Shown piece by piece: positions 32,601-41,800 of a stretch of DNA of 64,000 nucleotides. The notes under the pieces were generated by a model. It was not told the DNA's origin, made no database searches, and worked only from the letters and a program-made list of their open reading frames with translations. The stretch lies in NCBI GenBank assembly GCA_034002405.1, contig JAVFAS010000010.1, positions 2,272 through 66,271 of the forward strand, written 5' to 3'. Positions within the stretch are counted from its first letter, which is position 1. Each line of letters begins with the position of its first letter. Source of the stretch: Bacteroidota bacterium. GTDB taxonomy: Bacteria > Bacteroidota > Ignavibacteria > SZUA-365. Position numbers and translations under genes: made by a program.

Positions 32601-34741
32601 AGTTCCGCAGCAGTGGTCCGGTCGGTTCGACCGTCAATGCCGTCGCGACCGCGCCGGCGGGCTTCGTGTTCGTCGCCTGGGGCGGCGATACCACCGCCAC
32701 GACCAACCCTCTTCCCGTGGTTCTCTGGCGCAGCAAACGCCTGATCGCCCACTATCGTCCGGAGCCATGCCAGCCCGAACCGATGACCGCCTGGCGGCAT
32801 CAGCTGCGGCTGTTCAATGCGCAACAGAACGAAGTCGCGCTCGATTACGGCATGCAGGCGAACGCCGGCGACGGCCTCGAGCCCGGCCAGCCCGATCTCC
32901 CGCCGATTCCGCCTCCCACGGCGCTCGATATTCGGTGGATCAACATCACGGGATCGCAGGGAAGCACGACCGACCTGCGCGCGATCAAACCGACGCACAC
33001 CTTCCAGGGTCGCGTGCAGACCGGCGGCACCGCACCGGTGACCATGTCCTGGCTGCCTCCCGCGACCACGCCCACGGCCACCTACACGCTTCGCGTGCAG
33101 GGCAATCCGAGCGCGATCGACATGCGTGCCGTGTCGAGCTACGAGTTCAAGGACGAAGGCACCCACATGTTCACGATCGAGGTGAAGGAAGCCGCCTGTC
33201 CCGAGCCCACCAAGGAAAACGAGGTCGAAGTCACCACGGTCGGTGTCGACAACAAGAATTGGCCGTGCGTCGAACTCCGGTTGCAGCTTCGCCACAAGCA
33301 GACCCGTGAACTGCTGCCGTACTACAACCCGTACTTCCTGCGTTTCAACGAGAAGTTCGGCGACGGATCGGTGCGTCCGCTGAAGCTCGCCAGCTACACG
33401 CAGATGGACTCGCTGCTGATCGTGCGTCTCTGCGGCGATCCGGACAACACCGACCCGAACCGGGAAGTCGAAATCATCAACGACAATGACGACGATCCGG
33501 ACCAGAAGAAAGACACGCTCATCGTGCGCATTCCGCCGCCGATTCCGACAGGAACCGGAGATCCGGAGCGCTTTGTCCTGAAATCCAGCGGCGACTGGCA
33601 GATGGTCTCCACACCGCTGCTGCTCAAGGAGCCGCAGGTCGACGCGCTGTTCAACGATCCGAACCTTCGTCTCTACAGCTTCGACACCCAGACCGGCGCG
33701 TACGTCCCGGCGGAGTTGATGGAGTTTGGCAAGGGATACTGGATGAAGTCGTCCTCGCTCGAGGGGATTCTCATCGGTCTGTCCCAGCCGAGTTATGAAT
33801 GGACCGGACTGAACGGGATCGGCGAGCCCGCCGCCTATGGCTGGAACATGATCGGCTCGATGTCCCGCGGACTGCTGCTGCCGGCCGTGCAGGTCACCCC
33901 GGCGGGTGGTCTCAAGGCGGTCTTCGGCTGGGATCCCGCCCAGGGCTATATCGTTCCCACCGGCATCGAGCCGGGCAAGGGTTACTGGGTGCGCGTCGAT
34001 CCGAGCACCACGCTCAAGATGTCGGTGAGTCTCGCGACCGGAAACGGTGCGGAAACGGCCTATCAGAAGACCGTCAACCGCCTCGATCTCGCGTCGATGC
34101 TCACGGTCGAGGACGCGCGCGGCGCGACGCGGACACTGTATGTCAGCGGCACGTCGCTCGACGCCAGCGCGCGTGATCATCTTCTCCTTCCCGCGGCACC
34201 GCCCGCCGACGTGCTCGACGCGCGCAGTGGAGAGGGAAGCGCCTTCATCTTCGACGGCGACAACCTTCTGCGTCTGCGCGGCGACGGACGTCTCGTGCTG
34301 TCGATGCCCGTCGCTTCACCGCGCGTCCGCATCGAGGTGCGTGACGAGGACGACCGACTGCTGCACACCTTCACCGGCACGCCCGGCGAGCACCTGTTCG
34401 TCGATGTGCAGGGCACGCGGCAGCTCACACTGCGGGTGCACGTGCAGGCGGCCGCCGGCGCGCATGCGCTGGGTGCCAGCTACCCGAATCCCGTGCGTGT
34501 CGACGCGCAGACCTTCATTCCCTACACGCTCGACACCGAAGGCACGGTGCGTCTGGCCGTGCATGATCTGCTTGGCCGCCGACTCCGTACCCTTATCGAC
34601 GGCACGCAGGCAGCGGGCGCCAAGCTCGCCGTGTGGGATGGCCGCGATGATCTCGGCGGCGTCCTGCCCGCCGGTGTCTACAGCATCCGTCTCGAAACGG
34701 CGTCGGGCGTGATGACGCGCACCATGACGATCGTCAAGTAA
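29684..34741 (+). CDS. giant secreted zincin-like metalloprotease-domain protein (1685 aa) with T9SS CTD
   Basis: AGGAGAGGAG Shine-Dalgarno sequence. Signal peptide MQRWFRVQIILYTFILATVVVHAQA. HEIGHLWGAPDEY (HEXXHXXGXXD) at 30866..30904. A long beta-rich region. CTD: SYPNPVRVDAQTFIPYTL...VHDLLGRR...GVYSIRLETASGVMTRTMTIVK. The tracked 29540 start adds a non-protein-like extension. Confidence 0.9.
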   Translation: MQRWFRVQIILYTFILATVVVHAQAPQPSYVPPDAGEYGLAAHNEHLAVIEIDATDIETAILLRDELTRNGALVSLITSPRRMLAWVPPTARDAVAATRLQTATGSMSVRSVSYSSAEFARNRAADQINAEETEADEAIVAYLDFIKRPLTEDDRRRIAAREAEIEALAPTYEDRGCTSILEIDAPPPRTLNGGMPAVGGEEDAFLRKTTLKGYVVHSSFFLESKSGTGSWNWDATVYNRYRSFYIAGMNYWVSFAARYGKTISTYWRHYSPYVSTTQINGEPVTVGEDSFIPVVIGRLASPSGSDQPPNWANVGAGRRWGWWYNNKIRDAFNADESILGFIAYKPNGDEGIWPHAAVLGWNNGDREGVYFAMDTQYWQCELDPFAAPMRNVVAHEIGHLWGAPDEYKNDNCNWSYRGIPNINCQTLHAAYGRPGFNMRGWDGIMKGNYIRGNSVATPVHTGVITAGQTAPVRIYRSTPTNITLTFENCDGVMSRNWSTPIGVGVDFDYCHKVTAPASVFRNGQTWYFDHWKITRESGATSTIDYYANSLPSNSYNSTFANPAKDIEAVYTNTPPDFMTSNQTLEAHLAPAGTSNSPNPAIALKWRNRYNMSDVKTIIEYEASAGNWRPIGSGHMLLGPFNVSIGQWTGVMVYAVPNATGTGSTNVQANKQYRFRIVGEFNTNRGTPSVIAAVTTRPAAPQDTIYCHDSNEPNSLASPKQLPSSGPGMTSYSVEGAIPITGIAGEFSWFIPVNDYYRVTVINVSGALFGERLTIRARVKDGSDFNLRLRAQRVGTTTHINAYSEGGGVQRINLSADGEYLIKVESNMSQTVSYDFVNRTGGYFGFGEYELMVERTLVQPQLQTPCLDCIKVHIVKPFPGELIMEPHPKFDLFTQGLSNKTPTMFNLRYQVPPGYSFLGFGGRFGDLPNNPTPINLGPNTPAGEYDIYPIVEPIDPSTAELVVIYPEGPAGPFEFRSSGPVGSTVNAVATAPAGFVFVAWGGDTTATTNPLPVVLWRSKRLIAHYRPEPCQPEPMTAWRHQLRLFNAQQNEVALDYGMQANAGDGLEPGQPDLPPIPPPTALDIRWINITGSQGSTTDLRAIKPTHTFQGRVQTGGTAPVTMSWLPPATTPTATYTLRVQGNPSAIDMRAVSSYEFKDEGTHMFTIEVKEAACPEPTKENEVEVTTVGVDNKNWPCVELRLQLRHKQTRELLPYYNPYFLRFNEKFGDGSVRPLKLASYTQMDSLLIVRLCGDPDNTDPNREVEIINDNDDDPDQKKDTLIVRIPPPIPTGTGDPERFVLKSSGDWQMVSTPLLLKEPQVDALFNDPNLRLYSFDTQTGAYVPAELMEFGKGYWMKSSSLEGILIGLSQPSYEWTGLNGIGEPAAYGWNMIGSMSRGLLLPAVQVTPAGGLKAVFGWDPAQGYIVPTGIEPGKGYWVRVDPSTTLKMSVSLATGNGAETAYQKTVNRLDLASMLTVEDARGATRTLYVSGTSLDASARDHLLLPAAPPADVLDARSGEGSAFIFDGDNLLRLRGDGRLVLSMPVASPRVRIEVRDEDDRLLHTFTGTPGEHLFVDVQGTRQLTLRVHVQAAAGAHALGASYPNPVRVDAQTFIPYTLDTEGTVRLAVHDLLGRRLRTLIDGTQAAGAKLAVWDGRDDLGGVLPAGVYSIRLETASGVMTRTMTIVK

Positions 34742-34753
34742 AGGAGCTCCACG

Positions 34754-35854
34754 ATGAAACATCTTCAAATCATTCTCATGGCAATCCTGGTGCTGGCCGC
34801 GCATGCGGCCGCCCAGGAATACCGCGGCGTCACCTTCGAGGTCGTGGTCGATAACGGCGCGGGTCGCGAGCAGGTGCTTGCGCTCGGACTGCGCGAGGGC
34901 GCGACATCGGGACTCGATCCCATGCTGGAGGAGGCGGAGCTTCCGCCACAGCCGCCGGCGGAGATCTTCGATGCGCGCGTGGTCAGCACGCCGGGAACAT
35001 CCCAGCTCGGTACGGGCTCGCTCTCTGATTATCGGAGTTACGGGTCCGGAACAAGCCTGGTCGAGGAAACCTACACCGTCGCCTATCAGGCGGGAATCGG
35101 CGCCACCGGCGTGACACTGCGCTGGGCGGATCCGCTGCCCGGCCGCGTACGGAAAGTCCTGATCGACGGTGTCGACCAGTCGGGCGCGACCAGCTACGAA
35201 AGCCAGTTCGCCCAGGGCCAGATGACCATCGCGATCACCTTCGATCCGTCGCCCCTCGGGTATGCGGCAACGCCGAATCCGCTGCTGTTCGACGCCAACA
35301 ACCGCGAACCGCTGCCCTCGCGCACGCTGACCATCACGCCACAGGGCGACGCCGGCGCGGGTTGGTCCCTCACCACCGATGTCGACTGGATTTCCGTCGA
35401 ACCGACGGGGGGCGAGGGCGAAACCGAGGTCCATGTCGGCATCAATACCAGCATGCTACCGGCCGGTGAGTACGAGGGTACCATCTTCATCCGCTCCGAG
35501 GACGAACCCGCGCGCCTCGACGTGCCGGTACTGCTGCGCATGACGGTCGGGGTGGAGGATGTCCACGTCCCCGGTCAACTCTATCTCGGAGAAAACTATC
35601 CGAATCCCTTCGGTGGCGCGGCGTCGGCCGACACACGCGTCGAGGTGGATCTCGGGAGTGCCGCCGGAGTGCCAAGCCTTCGGGTCCATGACATGATGGG
35701 CCGCGAGGTGATGGATCTGACGCCGCGGCTGCAGGACCGTTCCGGCCTGCAGGTGCTGCGGATCGATGCGCACGCGCTGCCCGCCGGCATGTATACCGTG
35801 ACCCTTCGCCGTGCGGACATGGCGCGGACACGCACCATGATCGTCACGCGCTGA
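34754..35854 (+). CDS. secreted protein with ELPPxPP/FDxR module, BACON-like Ig domain and T9SS CTD (366 aa)
   Basis: Starts 12 nt after the preceding stop, with an AAGGAG Shine-Dalgarno sequence. Signal peptide MKHLQIILMAILVLAAHAAAQE. BACON-like segment: WSLTTDVDWISVEPTGGEGETEVHVGINTSMLPAGEYEGTIFIRS. CTD: NYPNPFGG...VHDMMGRE...GMYTVTLRRADMARTRTMIVTR. Confidence 0.85.
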   Translation: MKHLQIILMAILVLAAHAAAQEYRGVTFEVVVDNGAGREQVLALGLREGATSGLDPMLEEAELPPQPPAEIFDARVVSTPGTSQLGTGSLSDYRSYGSGTSLVEETYTVAYQAGIGATGVTLRWADPLPGRVRKVLIDGVDQSGATSYESQFAQGQMTIAITFDPSPLGYAATPNPLLFDANNREPLPSRTLTITPQGDAGAGWSLTTDVDWISVEPTGGEGETEVHVGINTSMLPAGEYEGTIFIRSEDEPARLDVPVLLRMTVGVEDVHVPGQLYLGENYPNPFGGAASADTRVEVDLGSAAGVPSLRVHDMMGREVMDLTPRLQDRSGLQVLRIDAHALPAGMYTVTLRRADMARTRTMIVTR

Positions 35855-35981
35855 TCGCGCGTCGACGAAACATCGCCATGCGACGAGCACGCGCGCCGGG
35901 ATCCACGACGTACCTCCCGTGGATCCCGGTGCGCTGCTCCCACTCAGCTCCATTCATCCCTGTACCAGAGAGAATCGCGCC

Positions 35982-38774
35982 ATGAAACAGTTCCTGACAC
36001 TTCTGCTCCTGATTGTCCTGCTTCATCCCGCGAGCCTGCGCGCGGCCTATGATCCGGAGGTCAATTCCGTCCTCTCGCTCAACGGATCGAGCTATCTCTC
36101 GGTCGTGTACCACGATGACCTCAACGTGCTGCTGACCAACGGCGGTACGGTTGCGTTCAGCGCGTGGGTGCGACCCACCGCGAGCGGATCGGAGATGACC
36201 ATCATCGGGAATGACCGCGCGATGGGGTATTGGTTCGGACTCAACGCCCAGGGGTCGCTGCGGTATTATCCCAATCCGCAGAATTTCTACGATGGCAAGG
36301 CGACCATCCCGCTCAACACCTGGAGCCATGTCGCGGTGAGTTTTGACGTGTTCAAGAACAATCTGCGGTTTTATGTCAATGGCGCGCTCGACCGGCAGAT
36401 CAACACCAATCAGACCTATCTCGCGTTCGCGTATTCGGATTTCCGCATTGGCGCCGACCGCCAGGCCAACAGTCCCGCGATGTACTGGAGCGGACAACTC
36501 GATGAAGTGCGCGTCTGGTCGCTCGACATTGATTTCAGTTCCGCGGAAGGCGCGCTCTACCGCATTCCCCTGGCCATGTTCGGTGGCCGCTACGGTCGCT
36601 GGATGACGGCGGCCTGGCGTTTCAACGGCAATCCGTTCGGCGTCGACCGCGCGCTCGATGCCGTCGCGGTGGGCAGTGTCAGCTATCCGGCCACGTCCGA
36701 TCCCGGGCATTACAACCGTATCGGATTGCAACTGGTCAACGGACCCGATCTCGGCGACCATCTGACGATTCCGCATGCGGCGTCGTTGTCGTTCGCGGAG
36801 AACTTCACGCTCGAATGCTGGGTGCGGCCGGCATCGACGGGCGGACATTCCCAGTATCAGACCCTGATCACGAAAGGGTCCTATTCCCGCAACACCTATC
36901 AGTACTGGCTCGGCCTCAACAAGGGCAACGGCAAGATCCGCTTCCAGCCCACGGGCAGTTTTTCCTCCGCGCTCGAGAGCGCGGCGCCGATCCCCGTGGG
37001 GAGCTGGACCCATGTCGCCGCGCGCTTGCAGCGGAACGGTGTGAACTACCAGGCCGCGATCTTCATCAACGGCGTGCCGTCGGCCACGATGACCTTCGCA
37101 CAGCCGGGCACCGGCAACACGCACGAACTTCTGATCGGTTGTGCCGACATTCGCAGCACCGGAAGCACCGCGTATGGCTACGCGGGCACCATCGATGAAG
37201 TCCGGATCTGGAATATCGCGCGCGGCAACGATGCCATCGCCGATCACCACCGTATGGAATTCCAGGGACCGGAGAAAGGCCTGGTGGCCTGCTACCGGTT
37301 GGACGGCGACGATGTCGATCACTCCGGCATCGGCAATCATGGTAGCGGCAGCTTCCGGACCGGCTCGATGGCCTTCTTCACCAACACGCTCTCGCTGCCG
37401 GCCGCGCCCACGTTGACCTTGACGCGACCGCTCGGCGGCGAAGGGTGGGAGATCGGCGCCACCGAGGAAATTCGCTGGGCCGCCACCGGACTGATCAACG
37501 TCCGGCTCGAGCTTTCCCGTGACGGGGGACAGACGTTTGGCGAAGTCCTCGCGAATTCGGTCCCCGCGTCCCCGGCGGTGTTTTCGTGGAGTGTGTCCGG
37601 TCCACCCACCAGCAACGCGGTGGTACGCGTGCGTCCGCCATCGACGCTGATGCTCACCGACGAAAGCGGCGCGTTTGAGATCGCGGATCCCGTGCCCATC
37701 CTCGATGTGCAGCCCCGGCAGCTGGTCTTCACCGCCTCGCCCAATGGTCCGCTTCCGCCGGCGCAGGTGGTGCGGATTCGCAACACGGGTGGCGCCATGC
37801 TGAACTGGACCGCTCAACCCAGCAGTGTGTTGTGGTACGATCTGTCCGCGTCGAGCGGGACCGCCAACGAAGATTCGGTCGTCGTGTCCATCAATACCAC
37901 GAATTTTCCGGAAGGATCGTACAGCGACAACATGGTGATCGGCGGCAACGCGCTCAACGCGCCCATCGCGGTCAACATCGTGCTCCGCATCACGCCGCTG
38001 GCATCCTACACGGTGTCGGGCACCGTTCTCGACGCCGCCGGCGCACCGGTGGAAGGCGTGCGCGTGCGGGCCAATGGGAATGATGATCTGAGCGGGCTCA
38101 CCGATACCTCCGGACGGTACACGATCGCAGGTCTGCCCGGCGGAAATACGACCATCGCACCCGTCAGTCCGTTTTTCAGCTTCACTCCTCCGTCCCGCGA
38201 CTACCAGAACGTCGCCGCGGATCTCGTGGACGTGGATTTCACCGCCCAGCGCGGCACCGGCGCCGTCGTCATCCGCTATGCCGCCGGGTGGAATCTGATT
38301 TCGATTCCGTTCCACGCGGTTCCCGATGGTGTGGCCGACGTGTTTCCCGATGCGGAGGGGAAGGCCTATGAATATGTTCCGTCGCAGGGGTACATCGAGA
38401 CCGATCGTCTCGCGTACGGGAAGGGCTACTGGCTGAAGTTTCCCGCGCCCGACTCCGTTGTCGTCACGGGGCTGCTGGAGCACATACTGGATTACACGGC
38501 GCAGGATCAATTCGGCGGATGGAATCTCATGGGGGCACCCAGCGGACCCGCCCCGGTCGGCGGCATCGTGCAGTCGCCCGCCGGGTCGATCGTCGCGGTG
38601 TTCGGTTATGATCCGGCCGTCGGATATTTCCTTCCGCCCGGCGGACAACTCGCGCCCGGCCGCGGGTATTTCGTCAAGGTGAATACCACCGCCGTGTTGC
38701 ATGTCGTCGCGGCGACCTTCGCGCCCCTGTACGAGAGCATGGAACAGCTGCGCCACTGGATGGTCGCGCGATAA
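35982..38774 (+). CDS. secreted LamG/concanavalin-like lectin-domain protein (930 aa), no T9SS CTD
   Basis: Signal peptide MKQFLTLLLLIVLLHPASLRAA. At least two LamG-type units (LNGSSYLSV...FSAWVRP...WSHVAVSF...FYVNG...GQLDEVRVW; LTIPHAASLSF..FTLECWVRP...WTHVAARL...IFINGV...GTIDEVRIWN). A BACON-like domain. A CarboxypepD_reg-like unit (YTVSGTVLDAAGAPVEGVRVRANG). A C-terminal twin GW...GKGYW module. Confidence 0.85.
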   Translation: MKQFLTLLLLIVLLHPASLRAAYDPEVNSVLSLNGSSYLSVVYHDDLNVLLTNGGTVAFSAWVRPTASGSEMTIIGNDRAMGYWFGLNAQGSLRYYPNPQNFYDGKATIPLNTWSHVAVSFDVFKNNLRFYVNGALDRQINTNQTYLAFAYSDFRIGADRQANSPAMYWSGQLDEVRVWSLDIDFSSAEGALYRIPLAMFGGRYGRWMTAAWRFNGNPFGVDRALDAVAVGSVSYPATSDPGHYNRIGLQLVNGPDLGDHLTIPHAASLSFAENFTLECWVRPASTGGHSQYQTLITKGSYSRNTYQYWLGLNKGNGKIRFQPTGSFSSALESAAPIPVGSWTHVAARLQRNGVNYQAAIFINGVPSATMTFAQPGTGNTHELLIGCADIRSTGSTAYGYAGTIDEVRIWNIARGNDAIADHHRMEFQGPEKGLVACYRLDGDDVDHSGIGNHGSGSFRTGSMAFFTNTLSLPAAPTLTLTRPLGGEGWEIGATEEIRWAATGLINVRLELSRDGGQTFGEVLANSVPASPAVFSWSVSGPPTSNAVVRVRPPSTLMLTDESGAFEIADPVPILDVQPRQLVFTASPNGPLPPAQVVRIRNTGGAMLNWTAQPSSVLWYDLSASSGTANEDSVVVSINTTNFPEGSYSDNMVIGGNALNAPIAVNIVLRITPLASYTVSGTVLDAAGAPVEGVRVRANGNDDLSGLTDTSGRYTIAGLPGGNTTIAPVSPFFSFTPPSRDYQNVAADLVDVDFTAQRGTGAVVIRYAAGWNLISIPFHAVPDGVADVFPDAEGKAYEYVPSQGYIETDRLAYGKGYWLKFPAPDSVVVTGLLEHILDYTAQDQFGGWNLMGAPSGPAPVGGIVQSPAGSIVAVFGYDPAVGYFLPPGGQLAPGRGYFVKVNTTAVLHVVAATFAPLYESMEQLRHWMVAR

Positions 38775-38823
38775 TTCAGAGGCATCGCGACGGCATATCC
38801 CGGTCCGATCTCCCGAATCTGTC

Positions 38824-38850
38824 CGATCCCGCGGTTTCGCCGCGGGATCG
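38824..38850 (+). terminator. hairpin between the LamG and BNR/ASH genes (weak terminator or attenuator candidate)
   Basis: cgatcccgcgg-tttcg-ccgcgggatcg. No clear T-run follows. Confidence 0.35.
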
Positions 38851-38871
38851 CCCGTTGTGATATTCGGCGAA

Positions 38872-41800
38872 ATGTGTTGTCTTTTTCCTCTGTTTCCACT
38901 ATCATGCACGGCAATTCCGACTCATCCCGGCCCATCGTCTGACAGTCCGGATTCCCTGCCACTCCAGCGCCGTCCTATTCGAAAGTTGCTTCGAATTCTC
39001 TGCATATTCCTGCTTTCGTGCCTGACTGCCGTTTCCCTGCTGCATGCACAACCAGTCGGTACGTGGAACGAACAGCCCATCGAGGTCCCGGTCCGCGGAC
39101 TCATGGGGATCTCGATGGCGGATACGGGGACGGGCTATGCCGTTGGTGACGTCGACGTCATCCTGCAACAGACGGGCGTCCTCGTCAAGCGACCGGGAGA
39201 TCCGACCTGGCGCACGGTGCCGGCCAACGCGTTCACGCCGCCACTGACCATCGCGCTGACTTCATGGGCGCAGGATGTGCATGCGGTCCCGAACACCGGC
39301 ATCGCGTTCATCTCCTGGCGTGACGATTATCGCAGCCTCGTCTACAAGACGGTCGATTACGGCGCCAGCTGGTTTTCCGTCTCCCCCCTCAATCCCATCC
39401 TCTACGGCATCCGCTACGCGGTGACCTTCATCAATGACCGGGAGGGACTGATCGTGGGCGAGGGTCCCGGACGCGTGCATCGCACACTCGACGGCGGCGT
39501 GAGCTGGACCAGTTACTCGATTCCGGTCAATCCACCCCTGACGGACGTGAAATTCGGCGGCGGATTGTTCTGGTACGTGGCCGGCGGCGACAACACGCTG
39601 TTCCGTTTCAACACGCTGAACAATCGCTGGTTCAATATTTCGTTTCCGACGTCCGCGGAATATTTCCCGACGCATATCAAGCTGCATTTCGTCACCGACG
39701 AACGCGGCTTTCTGAGCGGCTACAACCAGAACGGTCCGACCCATGTGCACAGGACCACCAATGGCGGACTCGACTGGAGTCCGATGCCGCAGCAGCCGAA
39801 TTTCTCCCCGAATCCGGAAGGACACAAGGGAATTTTCTTTTTCGACTCGCTCAAGGGCTGGGTGGCCAGCGCCGCCAGCGAATTCGCGTACACCGAGGAC
39901 GGTGGGTACACCTGGATCGATCACACACCGCAGGTGTTCGGGGGAAAACCCTATCCGCCGGTCAACAAACTGACCTTTCTCAACGAGGCGCACGGGTGGG
40001 CGGCCGGCGGTTTCCAGCGCACGTCCGGCTATCCATCGGTTTCGCATGGCTGGATCATGAAATGGACGGGCACGCAGAAGCCGGACATTTCGACCACCCC
40101 GACCACGGCGACCTTCGACACGATGGCGTGTCAATCGGAGAAAATCATCCGAATACCGGTTATCAATACCGGGACGGGCAATCTGACGATCGCGGCCGGC
40201 GGCATCATCTTTTCATCGACGGAATTCACGCCGCGGAACGTCATGTATCCGATCATCATCGCACCGGGCGAGACAAAGGAAATCGAGGTGCGATGGACGC
40301 CGTCCGCTGATTATTTCGGCGGGACGCCTTCGGGCAGCCAGATGCGGATCGAGAGCAATGATCCCGAACACTCGCCCTGGTTTGTGTTGCTCTACGGCAC
40401 GCGCATCATCTCGCGCGTGATTCCCGGCGCACCCGCGCTCGTGTTTCCGGCATTCTGCCGGGGCGAGGAACGCGAAGCCACCCTTCCCGTGACGACCGAC
40501 GGGAATCTGCCGCCACGTCTCGAGCGGATCGAGCTGTTCAGTGATCGCGGCACGCTGTCGCTGCGGTCGCATGTGATCGGTGGCGTGATCGGTCCGTCGG
40601 ATACACTCCGTTTCGCCCTTCGCAGTGACAGGGCCGGCAGCATGAGCGGGAAGGTGATCATCACCGCGGGCAATCCCGACTGTCCCGAGGTGATCGAAAT
40701 CCCCTTCCAGGCCTTGGTGCGGAGCAACGACATCGAAGTCACCCCGAGCCTGCTGACCTTCGGGGATGTCTGTGCCGGCGATGACGTGGTGCAGTACCTG
40801 CAATTGCGAAACACCGGTTCGGTCGACGCGCGGCTGCTGGAATTCCGCGGCTTCGGCGCCGACTCGTTGTTCCGGCTCGATCTCGATACGTCCCTGCACA
40901 TCGGCAGCGGGGATTTCCAGCTCGTGCCGCTGCGATTCCACCCGCGCGATTCCGATTCCCTCAACGCCTCGGCGCAGTTCACGCTCGTCTTCGGACCCTG
41001 TCCCGATACCGTGTTCATCGCCTGCAACGGCCGCGGAGTCCACGTGCTGCTCGACCTCGAGGCGGATTCGCTGCTGGTGGTGGGGCCCGCACCCCTCGAT
41101 CGTGAAATCGTCACCACGGTGCCCCTGCGCAACATCGGTTTTCTGCCGACGGTGATCGAGAAGATCACGTTCGAACCCGAGGTACCGGGACTTCGGCTGC
41201 TCGAACCATCCTCCTTGCCCGACACCCTGCGCGCGAAACAGACCATGGACATCCGCTTCGGCTACCGCGCCGCGGCGCGCGACAGCATCCCCACGACGAT
41301 GCGCGTGGAGTGGTCCGATCCCTGCGGGGGAAGTATCACGCAGCCCATGCTGCTGATCACCGATGAGATGCCGGTGGCCGAGGTTCCGACCGCATTGATT
41401 TTCGAGACACAGACCTGCGAGGCCGAGGTGGTCGACAGCGTGCGGATCCACAATAGTGGACAGAAGCCGCTGGCCGTGTTCACCGCGACCATCACCGGGA
41501 GTGACGCCGCGCATTTCCGGGTCATCGGTCCGCCGCTCCCGCTTACGATCGATCCCGGTGCGTCGGCCTGGCTGTGGCTCGCCTACAGCGCACCGATGAA
41601 CGGATCGAGCAGTGCCGTCCTGGAGATCAATCACAACGACCTGACGGTACGCGGCGTGAGTCGCGTGACGCTCAGCGGACGGAAGAAAGTGCAGACGCTG
41701 ACGGTGGTGGGGGACACCCTCGCCGTGCTGCCGCTCTGCGCGGGCATCCCGGGTTCGCGCCGTTTCGTGTTGCGCAACGAGAACAGCGAACCGTTGCTGC

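Noticed and set aside
29870-34180. 1436-aa ORF on the minus strand
   Set aside because: It lies entirely antisense to the 1685-aa cargo gene. Its composition is dominated by Arg/Gly/Asp/His/Ala runs with no motifs, signal peptide or Shine-Dalgarno sequence. This is the typical shadow ORF of a GC3-rich gene.
38701-38871. Upstream part of the tracked 2180-aa ORF overlapping the end of the LamG gene
   Set aside because: It overlaps the LamG coding frame and a hairpin. The sequence is Arg/Ser/Pro-rich, and the signal peptide appears only after 38986. I trimmed the start to 38872, with 38986 as an alternative.
35844-38909. 1021-aa ORF on the minus strand
   Set aside because: It is antisense to the LamG protein gene, with the same Arg/Gly/His-rich non-protein-like composition. 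The + strand frame has clear LamG, BACON and signal-peptide features.
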